From an uncultured Rhodobacteraceae bacterium (GTDB lineage: Bacteria > Pseudomonadota > Alphaproteobacteria > Rhodobacterales > Rhodobacteraceae), in assembly GCA_947501355.1 (NCBI GenBank), contig CANMVA010000001.1:1695492-1759491 (forward strand): a stretch of DNA of 64,000 bases, read 5' to 3'. Made by a program: the position numbers and the translations under genes. The notes beneath the pieces were generated by a model, which worked only from the letters and a program-made list of their open reading frames with translations, searched no databases and was not told the origin of the DNA. Positions 1 to 9,753 of the stretch are shown piece after piece. How positions within the stretch are numbered: position 1 is the stretch's first letter; the number at the start of each line of letters is the position of its first letter.

Positions 1-1
1 C

Positions 2-592
2 CATGATCTGCGCACGCCGCTCACCCGGCTGAAACTGGGCCTGTCGCTGCTGGATGATGCCGAGGCCGCCCCCCTTCGCCGCGATGTCGAGGATATGGAG
101 CGGATGCTCAACGAGTTTCTGGCCTTCGCGCGGGGCGATGCGGCCGAGGACCTGGCGTTGACCGATCCGGTCGCGTTGGCCACGCAAGCGGTCGAGGACG
201 CGCAACGGATGGGGCAGGCTGTCAGCCTGAGCAAGATCGAAGGCGAGGGGCAGCAGCTTTTGCGCCCCATTGCCGTGCGCCGCGCGGTGGACAATCTGAT
301 CGGCAATGCCGTGCGCTATGGCAAGACGGCGCAAGTGGGCGTCACGATTACCCCGCGCAGCATCGTGGTTCATGTGGAAGATGACGGGCCGGGTATCCCG
401 CAAGAGCGTCGGGACGAGGCGCTCAAACCTTTCAGCCGTCTTGAGCCTGCGCGCAACCAGAACAAGGGCACCGGTGTGGGGCTTGGCCTGTCGATTGCCG
501 CAGACGTGGCGCGCGCCCATGGGGGCATGTTGCGCCTTGGCGAAAGCGCGCAGATGGGCGGGCTGCAGGCGGATCTTGTGCTGGCACGGTAG
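2..592 (+). CDS. sensor histidine kinase, C-terminal part (5' end lies outside the window)
   Basis: The frame is open from nt 2 and starts with the H-box HDLRTPLTRL. It is followed by an HATPase_c region (DNLIGNAVRY, DDGPGIP, GTGVGLGLSI). EnvZ-like architecture. Confidence 0.85.
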   Translation, partial: HDLRTPLTRLKLGLSLLDDAEAAPLRRDVEDMERMLNEFLAFARGDAAEDLALTDPVALATQAVEDAQRMGQAVSLSKIEGEGQQLLRPIAVRRAVDNLIGNAVRYGKTAQVGVTITPRSIVVHVEDDGPGIPQERRDEALKPFSRLEPARNQNKGTGVGLGLSIAADVARAHGGMLRLGESAQMGGLQADLVLAR

Positions 593-597
593 GGAAA

Positions 598-674
598 TGG
601 TAGGCCCGGCAGGACTTGAACCCGCAACCAAAGCGTTATGAGCGCTCTGCTCTAACCAATTGAGCTACAGGCCC
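598..674 (-). tRNA. tRNA with CAT anticodon (Met, or Ile2 read after lysidine modification)
   Basis: The reverse complement reads GGGCCTGTAGCTCAATTGGTTAGAGCAGAGCGCTCATAACGCTTTGGTTGCGGGTTCAAGTCCTGCCGGGCCTACCA. It folds as a cloverleaf with anticodon loop CTCATAA, T-loop TTCAAGT and an encoded CCA. The variable loop and anticodon arm resemble E. coli ileX from memory, so Ile2 is slightly favoured. Confidence 0.9.
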
Positions 675-793
675 CCAATCGTGCAAATCTGAGTAGCAGA
701 AGGATGCTGACCGTCAAGGCGGTTTGGTGCCAAGCCGCGTGGACTCGCGCGCGCTTGGGTGCTAGTGGGCCGCCAACAGATGCGAGGACTATC

Positions 794-1840
794 ATGAGCA
801 CGAAAAAGAACGGCCTGACCTATGCGGATGCGGGCGTGGATATCGACGCTGGCAACGCGCTGATTGATCGGATCAAACCCGCCGCTAAACGCACAAACCG
901 CAGCGGCGTGATGGCCGGGCTGGGCGGTTTTGGCGGGCTCTTTGATCTCAAGGCTGCAGGCTATGACGACCCGGTTCTGGTAGCCGCCACGGACGGCGTT
1001 GGCACCAAGCTGCGCATTGCGATTGATACCGGCAATGTCGACACGATCGGGATTGATCTGGTCGCCATGTGCGTCAACGATCTGGTGTGCCAAGGGGCGG
1101 AGCCCTTGTTTTTCCTGGATTATTTCGCGACAGGCAAGTTGGAGCTGGATCAGGCCGCCCGCATCATTGAAGGCATCGCAGAAGGTTGCGCGCGCTCTGG
1201 CTGCGCGCTGATTGGCGGCGAAACAGCGGAAATGCCGGGCATGTATGACGCGGGCGATTTCGACCTGGCGGGCTTTGCTGTGGGCGCCATGCAACGCGGC
1301 ACCGCCTTGCCTGCAGGCGTGGGCGAGGGCGATGTCTTGCTGGGGCTCGCCTCTGACGGAGTGCATTCCAACGGCTATTCGTTGGTGCGCAAGATCGTCG
1401 AGTTGTCCGGTCTTGGCTGGGATGACGCGTCGCCTTTCTCTGACGGCACGCTGGGTGACGCACTTCTTGCGCCGACCCGGCTTTATGTCACCGCGGCTTT
1501 GGCAGCGATCCGGGCCGGGGGGGTGCATGGGCTGGCCCATATCACAGGCGGCGGTCTGACGGAAAACCTGCCCCGCGTCATGCCCGAAGATCTGGGCGTG
1601 GATATCGACCTCAGCGCATGGGCGCTGCCCCCGGTCTTCGGGTGGTTGGGGCAGGTTGGCGGGATTGAGACGCTGGAGATGCTCAAGACCTTCAACGCAG
1701 GCATCGGCATGGTGCTGGTCGTGGACGCGGCACAGGTCGACGCGGTGCAAAGCGCCCTTGCCGGCGAAGGGGAGGCGGTGATCCGTCTTGGCACCGTGAC
1801 GGCCGGTAACGGCGTGCGCTATTCCGGGACGCTTTCGTGA
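794..1840 (+). CDS. purM: phosphoribosylformylglycinamidine cyclo-ligase (AIR synthetase)
   Basis: Starts [21 protein letters not shown] and contains ATDGVGTKL and DYFATGKL, typical PurM motifs. I chose the internal ATG at 794 over the 704 ORF start. Confidence 0.95.
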   Translation: MSTKKNGLTYADAGVDIDAGNALIDRIKPAAKRTNRSGVMAGLGGFGGLFDLKAAGYDDPVLVAATDGVGTKLRIAIDTGNVDTIGIDLVAMCVNDLVCQGAEPLFFLDYFATGKLELDQAARIIEGIAEGCARSGCALIGGETAEMPGMYDAGDFDLAGFAVGAMQRGTALPAGVGEGDVLLGLASDGVHSNGYSLVRKIVELSGLGWDDASPFSDGTLGDALLAPTRLYVTAALAAIRAGGVHGLAHITGGGLTENLPRVMPEDLGVDIDLSAWALPPVFGWLGQVGGIETLEMLKTFNAGIGMVLVVDAAQVDAVQSALAGEGEAVIRLGTVTAGNGVRYSGTLS

Positions 1841-2442
1841 CACGAATCGCGGTGCTGATTTCGGGCGGCGGCTCGAACATGGTGGCACTGGTGCGGGCCA
1901 TGCAGGCGGGCGGCTGGGCCGAGCCGGTTCTGGTTCTGGCCAATGATCCGGATGCAGGCGGCCTTGAGAAAGCACGCTCCATGGGCGTCCCGATCGCTGC
2001 CGTCGATCACAGGGACTTCAAGGGGGACCGCCCTGCATTCGAGAAGGCGCTCAGCGATGCACTTGCCACCGCCCAGCCCGACATTCTGTGCCTTGCAGGT
2101 TTCATGCGCGTTCTCACCGCCGATTTCGTCGCGCAATGGGCCGGGCGAATGCTGAACATCCATCCGTCTTTATTGCCCAAATACAAAGGCTTACAAACCC
2201 ATGCCCGCGCGCTGGACGCAGGCGATTTGCAGCATGGATGCACGGTGCACGAAGTCACATCGGAGCTAGATGACGGCCCGATCCTGGGGCAGGCAACACT
2301 TGATGTGGCTCCTGACGATACGCCTGAAACCCTTGCAACGCGGGTTTTGCCGTTGGAACACGCGCTCTATCCGCGTGTCCTTGAACGCTTCGTCGCGGGC
2401 GACAAAACCCTGCTAAGTTTACGTGATGTCAACGTCGATTAA
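1837..2442 (+). CDS. purN: phosphoribosylglycinamide formyltransferase
   Basis: [14 protein letters not shown] and [12 protein letters not shown] are PurN signatures. The GTG start overlaps the purM stop (GTGA). Confidence 0.93.
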   Translation: MTRIAVLISGGGSNMVALVRAMQAGGWAEPVLVLANDPDAGGLEKARSMGVPIAAVDHRDFKGDRPAFEKALSDALATAQPDILCLAGFMRVLTADFVAQWAGRMLNIHPSLLPKYKGLQTHARALDAGDLQHGCTVHEVTSELDDGPILGQATLDVAPDDTPETLATRVLPLEHALYPRVLERFVAGDKTLLSLRDVNVD

Positions 2443-2545
2443 CGGCCAACTGTCAGAAAAAAGAGACGAATTTTCTTCCCAGACAGGGTCAAATCGGTCA
2501 TCCTCACGAAGCGGGGGTCGCCCTTTTGAACAACGATAAGACCCA

Positions 2546-3703
2546 ATGAAAACACTGACGACAACTTCCGAACTGGCCGCCTTTTGTGCCCATGCCGCAC
2601 AATTTGACTATGTCACGGTCGACACTGAATTCCTGCGAGAACGCACTTATTACTCCCAGCTTTGTCTGGTTCAGCTTGCCGTTCCCGGCGACGGGGAGGA
2701 CGATGCGGTTCTGGTCGATCCGCTGTCTGGCGACCTGTCGCTTGAGCCGCTGTATACGCTGTTCAAGGATGAAAGCGTGGTCAAAGTGTTCCATGCCGCC
2801 CGCCAGGATCTGGAGATTTTCTATACCGATGGCGGCATCATCCCGACGCCACTTTTTGATACGCAGGTGGCCGCCATGGTCTGCGGTTTTGGCGAGCAGG
2901 TTGGCTACGAGACGCTTGTGCGCAAGATCGTCAAACAGCCGCTCGACAAGTCGTCCCGTTTCACCGACTGGTCGCGCCGCCCGTTGTCGGATGCGCAAAA
3001 GACCTATGCGCTGGCCGATGTGACCCATCTGCGCGGCATTTACGAGTTTCTGGCTGACAAGCTGGCGCAGAACAAGCGCACCCAGTGGGTGCAGGAGGAA
3101 ATGCAGGTCCTGACCGCGCCCGGCACCTATGTTGTGCAGCCGGAGGACGCCTGGAAGCGCCTGAAAACCCGGACAAATTCGGGGCGCTTCCTTGCCATCG
3201 CGCGCGAGCTGGCGCGGTTCCGTGAAGCCTATGCGCAGCGCAACAACGTGCCGCGCAGCCGGGTCTATAAGGACGACGCGTTGTTGGAGTTGGCCTCCAA
3301 CAAACCCAAATCGCTCAAGGATTTGGGTCGGTCCCGGCTCTTGCTCCGCGATGCCCGCAAGGGGGAGATCGCCGAGGGTATCCTGAACGCAATTGAAGTG
3401 GGTCTAAACTGCCCGCAGGAGGATTGCCCGAAGCCCGATACCTCCCGCGAAAAGCTGCAGGTGAACCCGGCTTTGGCGGATTTGTTGCGCGTCCTGCTCA
3501 AGGCCAAGGCGGAAACGGCGGGGGTTGCGCAAAAGCTGGTCGCTTCGGCTGCCGATCTGGATGCGATCTCAGCGGGGATGCGCGACTTGCTGGCGTTGAA
3601 CGGCTGGCGGCACGAGGTCTTCGGCGCCGATGCGCTGCGTCTTTGCGAAGGCGAGATCGCCCTGACGGCCAAGGGCCATCACATCAAAATCATTGAGCTT
3701 TAA
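2546..3703 (+). CDS. rnd: ribonuclease D
   Basis: N-terminal DEDD 3'-5' exonuclease motifs (VTVDTEF, FHAARQDLE, YALADVTHL) plus an HRDC-like C-terminal region. 385 aa. Confidence 0.9.
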   Translation: MKTLTTTSELAAFCAHAAQFDYVTVDTEFLRERTYYSQLCLVQLAVPGDGEDDAVLVDPLSGDLSLEPLYTLFKDESVVKVFHAARQDLEIFYTDGGIIPTPLFDTQVAAMVCGFGEQVGYETLVRKIVKQPLDKSSRFTDWSRRPLSDAQKTYALADVTHLRGIYEFLADKLAQNKRTQWVQEEMQVLTAPGTYVVQPEDAWKRLKTRTNSGRFLAIARELARFREAYAQRNNVPRSRVYKDDALLELASNKPKSLKDLGRSRLLLRDARKGEIAEGILNAIEVGLNCPQEDCPKPDTSREKLQVNPALADLLRVLLKAKAETAGVAQKLVASAADLDAISAGMRDLLALNGWRHEVFGADALRLCEGEIALTAKGHHIKIIEL

Positions 3704-3706
3704 GGC

Positions 3707-4177
3707 CTAGCGACGGCTGGTGCGCGCGTTGCGCTGGCCGCGCACGGTGATCTGCCGTGCAGGGGCCAAAGTCTGATCCGACAGGAATGTGCCAGCCACA
3801 ACCTCACGCGAGGCTTGGGTGCCTTGACGTGTCCGGGTCGGGGACGGAAACGCCTTGAACTGCAAAACCAGCGCACCGTTTTCATCCACGCGACCGCGGT
3901 TTTCAAGAACCAGATCGGCCTCCCAATGACCTTGGGTCGGGGGCAGGCCGACCGCATGCACAATCGCACCGCCCTGCACCCGCTCGATGCGCAGCGAGGT
4001 GACCTGATCGATCAGCGGGCGGTTGTCCAACCGTTCGACGATATCATCGGGGGCAAAGCCGACCTCTTCGTGAGAGCCGCCGAACCAGTTGAACGGGTTC
4101 AGGCGCGACTCGCGCACGGTGCCGCATCCGGCCAAAAGCGTGGCGATCAATAGAGTTGCGATCAGGCGTGAGGACAT
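3707..4177 (-). CDS. conserved hypothetical lipoprotein
   Basis: The internal ATG at 4177 gives MSSRLIATLLIATLLAGCG, a signal peptide with an LAGC lipobox. The rest of the 313-aa ORF upstream is antisense to sufE. Confidence 0.7.
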   Translation of the reverse strand: MSSRLIATLLIATLLAGCGTVRESRLNPFNWFGGSHEEVGFAPDDIVERLDNRPLIDQVTSLRIERVQGGAIVHAVGLPPTQGHWEADLVLENRGRVDENGALVLQFKAFPSPTRTRQGTQASREVVAGTFLSDQTLAPARQITVRGQRNARTSRR

Positions 4178-4288
4178 TACGTAAGCTCCCTTTGCATGAT
4201 CGGTAGCCCAATCCGCGCGCCCCGACAAGCAGGACTGGACCTTTCGGGGTAAGCAACTTACCTCATTGCCAAATCCAAGGAGCATCCA

Positions 4289-4717
4289 ATGGCAACCGAG
4301 AGCTTTGAAGAGCTGGCAGAGACGTTTGAATTTCTGGACGATTGGGAAGACCGCTACCGCCATGTGATCGACATCGGCCGCGCGATGGACGGTCTGGACG
4401 AAGCCCTTCAGGTGCCTGCAACCAAAGTCGATGGCTGCGCCTCGCAGGTCTGGATCATGCCGCAGATTGACGGGCAGGGGCCTGACGCGACGTTCGATTT
4501 CAAAGGCGAAAGTGACGCGATGATCGTGCGCGGTCTGATTGCCGTGCTGCATGCGCTTTACAGTGGCTTGCGCGTGGGCGAGGTCAGCAAGGTGGATGCG
4601 GTTGCCGAGCTGGGCCGTCTTGGCCTGAATGATCATCTTTCCGCGCAACGCTCAAACGGGGTGCGTGCCATGGTGGAACGTATCAGAACCGTCGCTGCTG
4701 AGGCTGCTGCAGGCTAG
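4289..4717 (+). CDS. sufE: SufE-like cysteine desulfuration (sulfur acceptor) protein
   Basis: FEFLDDWEDRYRHVIDIG and the active-site context KVDGCASQVWI. 142 aa. Confidence 0.88.
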   Translation: MATESFEELAETFEFLDDWEDRYRHVIDIGRAMDGLDEALQVPATKVDGCASQVWIMPQIDGQGPDATFDFKGESDAMIVRGLIAVLHALYSGLRVGEVSKVDAVAELGRLGLNDHLSAQRSNGVRAMVERIRTVAAEAAAG

Positions 4718-5352
4718 GCTTTCGTCGCCAGCGCTGTTTTCAAATCGCCGTAGCCGGTAAAGCGCCGCTCAAAGGCCAGGCCGAGGCGCGCCGCGCAGTC
4801 CTGCGCCTTTGCTGTAAGGGCCGGATCCTCTGTCTGCGCCTGATAGACCAACGTCTCGTAATGGCCGAAATACATTTCGCGTAGCTCCGGATGGCGATCC
4901 AGCCCGAGGGGTTTCCAGACGAACGCCTCGAACTGCCGCACTAGAAAATCAGTCAGATAGAAGGCTGTGAACTCATGCTCAGCACGCGCTGCAAAGACAT
5001 CATTGCCCTCAAAGAACGCATAGCAATGGGGCCCCTCAATCATGCTGACCCCAAGCCGGTCGCACACCGCCTGCAACTGTCCCCCGGTCCCGCAATCGGC
5101 GTAAACCACGAAGATATCGTCGAAATTGGCGCTGTGTTTTGCGATCGCCTCTTCCACTGCGGGGGCGATGCGTTCGGGGTGGTTGTGCAAAATGGCAGGA
5201 AGGCAGGCCAACGTCATATGCTCCCAGCCATTAGCCTTGATCAGCGCCACGATTTCATGAGCCAGCGCACCGCAAGCCAAGAGCAAGACCCTGCCGCGCG
5301 TGGTCTGAGCGGCCAATCCATCTTGCGTCAGGCTTTGGTCATCAAGCTGCAT
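4714..5352 (-). CDS. DUF1638 domain protein (accessory protein of a corrinoid methyltransferase system)
   Basis: LLACGALAHEI, VVYADCGTGG and GPHCYAFF match my memory of DUF1638. The start is set at ATG 5352 (MQLDD...) so that it does not overlap the upstream B12-binding gene, and is uncertain. Confidence 0.75.
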   Translation of the reverse strand: MQLDDQSLTQDGLAAQTTRGRVLLLACGALAHEIVALIKANGWEHMTLACLPAILHNHPERIAPAVEEAIAKHSANFDDIFVVYADCGTGGQLQAVCDRLGVSMIEGPHCYAFFEGNDVFAARAEHEFTAFYLTDFLVRQFEAFVWKPLGLDRHPELREMYFGHYETLVYQAQTEDPALTAKAQDCAARLGLAFERRFTGYGDLKTALATKA

Positions 5353-5434
5353 CGCGTTTCCAACAGCCGCTGGGCCCAACACTGGGTCGGGCTTCCCCTT
5401 TTGCACGATACTCCCGCCGGAGGCGCGCCGGAGC

Positions 5435-6136
5435 TTACCCGGCAGCCATCTGGTTGTGCTTGCGCGCCACGAAGGTCTTTGCCGTCTCCACCGCGACAGC
5501 GGCGTCGCGACAATAGGCATCCGCCCCGATGGCCTTGCCGAATTCCTCGTTCAGAGGGGCGCCGCCAACCAGCACGATATAGTCATCGCGCAGGCCCTTC
5601 TCGACCATCGTGTCGATGACGACCTTCATGTAAGGCATCGTGGTCGTCAGCAGGGCAGACATACCCAGAATATCCGGTTTTTCGGTTTCCAGCGCTTCAA
5701 GATAGGCCTCGACCGCGTTGTTGATGCCCAGATCAACCACCTCAAAGCCCGCGCCCTCCATCATCATCGACACGAGGTTCTTGCCGATGTCATGGATGTC
5801 GCCCTTCACGGTGCCGATCACCATTTTGCCCACACGCGGCGCGCCGGTTTCGGCCAGAAGCGGCTTGAGGATGAACATCCCACCCTTCATCGCGTTGGCC
5901 GCCAGCAGCACCTCAGGCACAAACAGGATGCCGTCGCGGAAGTCATTTCCGACAATCGTCATGCCGCCGACCAGCGCTTCGGTCAGAACCCGGTAGGGGG
6001 CCCATCCGCGTTCGAGCAGGATGTTGACACCTTCCTCGATCTCTTCTTTGAGACCGTCGTAAAGGTCATCAAACATCTGTTGAACAAGCTCTTCGTCATT
6101 CAGTTCAGACAGGATGATATCGTCTTCATCAGACAT
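5435..6136 (-). CDS. corrinoid (cobalamin)-binding protein, B12-cap plus B12-binding domains
   Basis: Contains the DxHxxG motif (GDIHDIGKNLV), then MSALLTTTM and VLVGGAP, as in the MetH/MtbC-type B12-binding domain. 233 aa. Confidence 0.9.
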   Translation of the reverse strand: MSDEDDIILSELNDEELVQQMFDDLYDGLKEEIEEGVNILLERGWAPYRVLTEALVGGMTIVGNDFRDGILFVPEVLLAANAMKGGMFILKPLLAETGAPRVGKMVIGTVKGDIHDIGKNLVSMMMEGAGFEVVDLGINNAVEAYLEALETEKPDILGMSALLTTTMPYMKVVIDTMVEKGLRDDYIVLVGGAPLNEEFGKAIGADAYCRDAAVAVETAKTFVARKHNQMAAG

Positions 6137-6275
6137 CGCGGCGATCCTTCACAAGGCCATATCCAAAACTCGGTTGGCACGTTTCCTATCGGCAACATGC
6201 CTTTTTTGTCGCAGCCCAAATGGTTTAATTGCGACATTGGTTGATTTGCGACCGACCCGAACCGGCTTTGCGCGC

Positions 6276-7292
6276 TCAGGCCGAACGATTGCGGCGGCGC
6301 GGGCGACGCGGTGGCGCGGCCCCTTCTTCGGTGCCATCCTGTGCCGAGGAAAAGCCGCCAAGCGCTGTCGTGATCTGCTCAAGACTGGGGCGGTCGCCTT
6401 TCGGGCGCGTCTCAAGGGCGGCGCGCATTTTCTCAAGATGCTCCGGCGTGGTGCCGCAGCAGCCGCCGATGATCGTGGCCCCGCAATCGCGGGCCAGACA
6501 GGCGTAATCGGCCATCAGCTCCGGGGTGCCATCATAGTGTATATGGCCGTCATGGTATTTCGGGATGCCCGCATTGCCTTTGGCAATCAATGGGGTTTCC
6601 GGGCCTTGGCTCGCAAAGCCCAGCACCGTGCGCAACAAATCCGAGGCGCCCACGCCGCAATTGGCCCCAAAGGCGAGAGGTGGATTGTCGAGCTTGCCGA
6701 CCATTTTCACCATATTGGCCGAGGTGACGCCCATCATCGTGCGCCCTGCCGTGTCAAAGCTCATCGTGCCGCACCAGGGCATGCCGGCCAGCGCGAATGC
6801 CTCTGCCGCTGCCGCGTATTCTTCGGGGGCGGAGATCGTCTCGAGCCACAGCACATCCGCGCCGCCCGCTTTCAGGCCTTCGGCTTGTTCGTGAAACATC
6901 TCGACAGCGGTCTCGTGGGTGAGGCTGCCCATCGGAGCCATGATATCACCGGTCGGGCCGACCGAGCCTGCAACGATCACCGTGCGCCCTGAGGCATCCG
7001 CCACCTCGCGGCCCAGTTCCGCGCCCGCTTTGTTCAACTCATGCACGCGCGATTGTGCGTCATGCAGCTTCAGACGAGAGGCGTTGCCGCCGAACGTGTT
7101 GGTCAAAAAGAGGTCAGAGCCTGCATCGACAGCGCCCGTGTAAAGCGCGCGGATCTTGTCGGTTTCCTCGATATTCCACAGCTCGGGGGCGTCACCCGAT
7201 GACAGGCCCATATTGAACAGGTTCGTGCCTGTCGCGCCATCGGCCAGAAGCCAGTCGCGGGTTTCAAGAAGTGTGCTGAGCGCGTTCGACAT
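6276..7292 (-). CDS. homocysteine S-methyltransferase domain protein (stand-alone MetH N-terminal module)
   Basis: LLADGATGTNLF, GANCG and GGCCGTTPEH (Zn-binding Cys triad context) indicate the Pfam S-methyl_trans type. Start at ATG 7292 (MSNALSTLL). Confidence 0.88.
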   Translation of the reverse strand: MSNALSTLLETRDWLLADGATGTNLFNMGLSSGDAPELWNIEETDKIRALYTGAVDAGSDLFLTNTFGGNASRLKLHDAQSRVHELNKAGAELGREVADASGRTVIVAGSVGPTGDIMAPMGSLTHETAVEMFHEQAEGLKAGGADVLWLETISAPEEYAAAAEAFALAGMPWCGTMSFDTAGRTMMGVTSANMVKMVGKLDNPPLAFGANCGVGASDLLRTVLGFASQGPETPLIAKGNAGIPKYHDGHIHYDGTPELMADYACLARDCGATIIGGCCGTTPEHLEKMRAALETRPKGDRPSLEQITTALGGFSSAQDGTEEGAAPPRRPRRRNRSA

Positions 7293-7337
7293 GCAAAGTT
7301 CCATCAGTGAAGGCGGCCGCATGGCTGCGCCGCGCCG

Positions 7338-9236
7338 TTATCTTGCGCCCGTCTCGCACGCGCGCGGATATGAATCAATTTCATAATTCTCATAATCTTC
7401 TTGAGGCGGGCCTTGAGCCACGTCGCTTCCCAAAAAGGCCGTCGACACGCGCTGCACTGCACGAGGGTGGCGGATCGCATGGGCGATCTCGAAGATCGCG
7501 ATCGCTGCGTGCCATTTGCGGCGAGTCGCAAAATAGCGCGGCTGCCAATCTGGCGCGAAGCTGGCTTTGAAGCGGCGCAGGCCGTCCGCGCCGCTGGCCT
7601 TTTGGACATGATACCTGATGAAGCGCTCCAGCCCTGTCGCGCTCCCGACCTCACAGGGCACGGCCGCCAGCGACAGTTGGCTAACCCCCGCCTGCTTTGC
7701 GTCCTGCAGCGCATGACAGATCAGGGCCTGCATCGTGCCGGTTGGCGCGGCCTCGCTGTGACGCAGCAGGTCCAACACCCAAAGATTTGGCGCGGCATGC
7801 AGGCTGATGAAGCCGACCAGTGTTTCGTCAAGATACGCCAGGTAGACGCGCTGGCCGCGCAGATAGGGCAGGTCGAACCGCCCCATTGAAAAGCCGCGCT
7901 CCGCGCCGGAGCGACGCTCCCACGCGGCATGAACGGCCCGCATCGCGTCTTCCGGCAGGGGGCCACGGGCCAATTCAGTGCGCAGGCCCGCCCCGTCGGC
8001 TTTGCGCAGGGCACGGCGCAATTGACGCCGGGCCGCGCCGTCGGTCGAAAAGTGCTGTGGTGAAAGGATCGCATCATGGGCAATGCAACTGACCGCCCAG
8101 CCTGCCGCACGGGCTTGCGCCGCCAGGCGGGGCGGGGCCTTGTAAAGCACAGGCAGGCGCGCGGTTTCGCGCGCTGCATGTGCAAGGACTGCAAGCGCGT
8201 CCGAGCCGCGCTTTAAGAGCGGCGCGCCCAAGGCGGTCAGCGTATGGGGCGTCTGACGCACCCCCCAAGCCGTGGCGCGCGCTGACAGGATCAGCCCGCC
8301 GTCTTGCCGCAAGACCCCGGCTTCGGGGTTGTTGCGCGTGGGCAAACCGGTGGTCGCATCACGCAAGGAAAACGCGAGCGGCTTTGCGTGGGCGGGGCCA
8401 CTCGCAAAAGCAAGGGGGATCAGGGCGATGACCGCTGGCGCGGCGTAATAGATCAGCCGGAAGGCCAGGATGGCCGCGAGCAACTCGGCCATCATGTCGG
8501 TCGGCAGCAAACCCAGCAAGGTCAGCTCGAACGCGCCCAGACCGGCGGGGCTGCCCGACATCATGCCAACGCCCAACGCGACGAGAAAAGCGGGCAAAAG
8601 CAGTGCAAAGCTGATCGCCGTGCCATCTGGCAAAAGCCAATACAAGGCCGCTGCCGCCAGCACCGTATCCAAGGCGACCCAAAACAGAAGCGGGCCGATC
8701 AACAGAAGGCTCGGCGCACGCATCGCGAAGCGTCCGATCTTGCAGCCGCAGATCAGCGCCGCGAAGACCGCGCCTGAGATTAGTAGGAAGGCGATGCTCC
8801 CAAAGGTTTCATAGCTTGATAATCCGGGGCGCAGCATAAGCACCGTGAACGCGGTAAAGACCGCCCAGGCTGCCAGAAACGAACCCGCGACAATTGCTGT
8901 CAGCTTGGTGGCACGCCAAAGGCTCAGCCCGGGCAGCATGCGCCACCGCACCAACGCGCCGCTCAGTACGCCAAACCCAATCGTTTGGGATAACGCGATG
9001 GCGACCATGCCTGACCGTCCGGCGACGCGCGCCGGCATGCCGGTGCCAAGGGCGCGATGAATCACGACATCATAACGCCCGACCGCCGCCAGACTTCCCA
9101 GCGTGGCCAGTGCGGCCAGCAGCCATTGATGTGAGGGCAAACCCGCAACCGCGTCCCAGACCTGAGGCAGGTTGACCGCCTCCAGCCGGTGGCTGAGCAG
9201 CCACAGACAGGCGATGGCGGCCAGGGGCGGCAACAA
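7338..9236 (-). CDS. MprF/LpiA-like aminoacyl-phosphatidylglycerol synthase family protein (membrane domain plus DUF2156-type C-terminal domain)
   Basis: The N-terminal ~330 aa are multi-TM. The C-terminal half (FSMGRFDLPYL, LDLLRHS, RFKASFAP) resembles the LPG synthase C domain. The start is a TTG at 9236 and is uncertain. Confidence 0.7.
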   Translation of the reverse strand: MLPPLAAIACLWLLSHRLEAVNLPQVWDAVAGLPSHQWLLAALATLGSLAAVGRYDVVIHRALGTGMPARVAGRSGMVAIALSQTIGFGVLSGALVRWRMLPGLSLWRATKLTAIVAGSFLAAWAVFTAFTVLMLRPGLSSYETFGSIAFLLISGAVFAALICGCKIGRFAMRAPSLLLIGPLLFWVALDTVLAAAALYWLLPDGTAISFALLLPAFLVALGVGMMSGSPAGLGAFELTLLGLLPTDMMAELLAAILAFRLIYYAAPAVIALIPLAFASGPAHAKPLAFSLRDATTGLPTRNNPEAGVLRQDGGLILSARATAWGVRQTPHTLTALGAPLLKRGSDALAVLAHAARETARLPVLYKAPPRLAAQARAAGWAVSCIAHDAILSPQHFSTDGAARRQLRRALRKADGAGLRTELARGPLPEDAMRAVHAAWERRSGAERGFSMGRFDLPYLRGQRVYLAYLDETLVGFISLHAAPNLWVLDLLRHSEAAPTGTMQALICHALQDAKQAGVSQLSLAAVPCEVGSATGLERFIRYHVQKASGADGLRRFKASFAPDWQPRYFATRRKWHAAIAIFEIAHAIRHPRAVQRVSTAFLGSDVAQGPPQEDYENYEIDSYPRACETGAR

Positions 9237-9352
9237 CAGGCGTGGCGTGAAAATCAGGCGAAGCAGCAGACAGGTTCCTTTTCCGGCCCGCTTTGACTAG
9301 CGGGCCGCGATTACCGTCCGATTAACGGTGCTACGAAAACAAAAGAGGGTGC

Positions 9353-9667
9353 TTAGTGTTCTGCGATCAGCTGGGCTTTTGCTTCGATCAGAAGCTCGGC
9401 CATCTTGGCGCGGATCGTGTCGGGGTCGGACTTGCTGCCCAGATCGGCGGCAACCTTGCGTACGACATCCTCGTGGCCGGCCTCTTCAAAATCGGCTTTG
9501 ACCACCTCTTTGGCGTATTCCGCGGCGTCGTCCCCGGATTTGCCCAGCAGGTCTGCCGCCCAAAGGCCCAACAGCTTGTTACGGCGGGCTTCGGCTTTGA
9601 ACTGCATTTCCGCATCATGGGCGAACTTGTTCTCAAAGGCGTTCTCGCGATCATCAAACGTGGTCAT
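9353..9667 (-). CDS. DUF1476 protein, F1Fo-ATPase inhibitor zeta subunit homologue
   Basis: 104 aa, MTTFDDRENAFENKFAHDAEMQFKAEARRNKLLG. It closely resembles the Paracoccus denitrificans zeta subunit as I remember it (same length, same MTTFDDRE N-terminus). Confidence 0.85.
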   Translation of the reverse strand: MTTFDDRENAFENKFAHDAEMQFKAEARRNKLLGLWAADLLGKSGDDAAEYAKEVVKADFEEAGHEDVVRKVAADLGSKSDPDTIRAKMAELLIEAKAQLIAEH

Positions 9668-9753
9668 CTGGGTGTCCTCTTAAAGTGCTGTTGGCCTCTA
9701 TGTAGGGACGATCTTGCCGTTTGTATATGCGTCAGCTTTGCCCGTTTTGCATC

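Noticed and set aside
665-1975. 436-aa minus-strand ORF covering the purM region
   Set aside because: It is antisense to a gene with unmistakable PurM motifs. Its translation is Arg/Pro/Ala/Gly-rich with no recognisable domain, which is typical of shadow ORFs in GC-rich DNA. It would also run through the tRNA gene.
6137-6275. Possible cobalamin or SAM-II riboswitch in the 139-nt gap inside the split-MetH cluster
   Set aside because: On the minus strand I see only a 6-bp hairpin (GTCGCA/TGCGAC) followed by an A-run. There is no B12-box-like element, and the interval is too short for a cobalamin riboswitch. There is no AAAGCU-type SAM-II pseudoknot strand. I cannot support an RNA element call.
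9282-9306. GGCCCGCT/AGCGGGCC hairpin between the zeta gene and the MprF-like gene as a terminator
   Set aside because: The stem is real (8 bp), but neither strand has a U-tract after it. It may be a weak or factor-dependent terminator, and I do not consider it supported enough to list as a feature.
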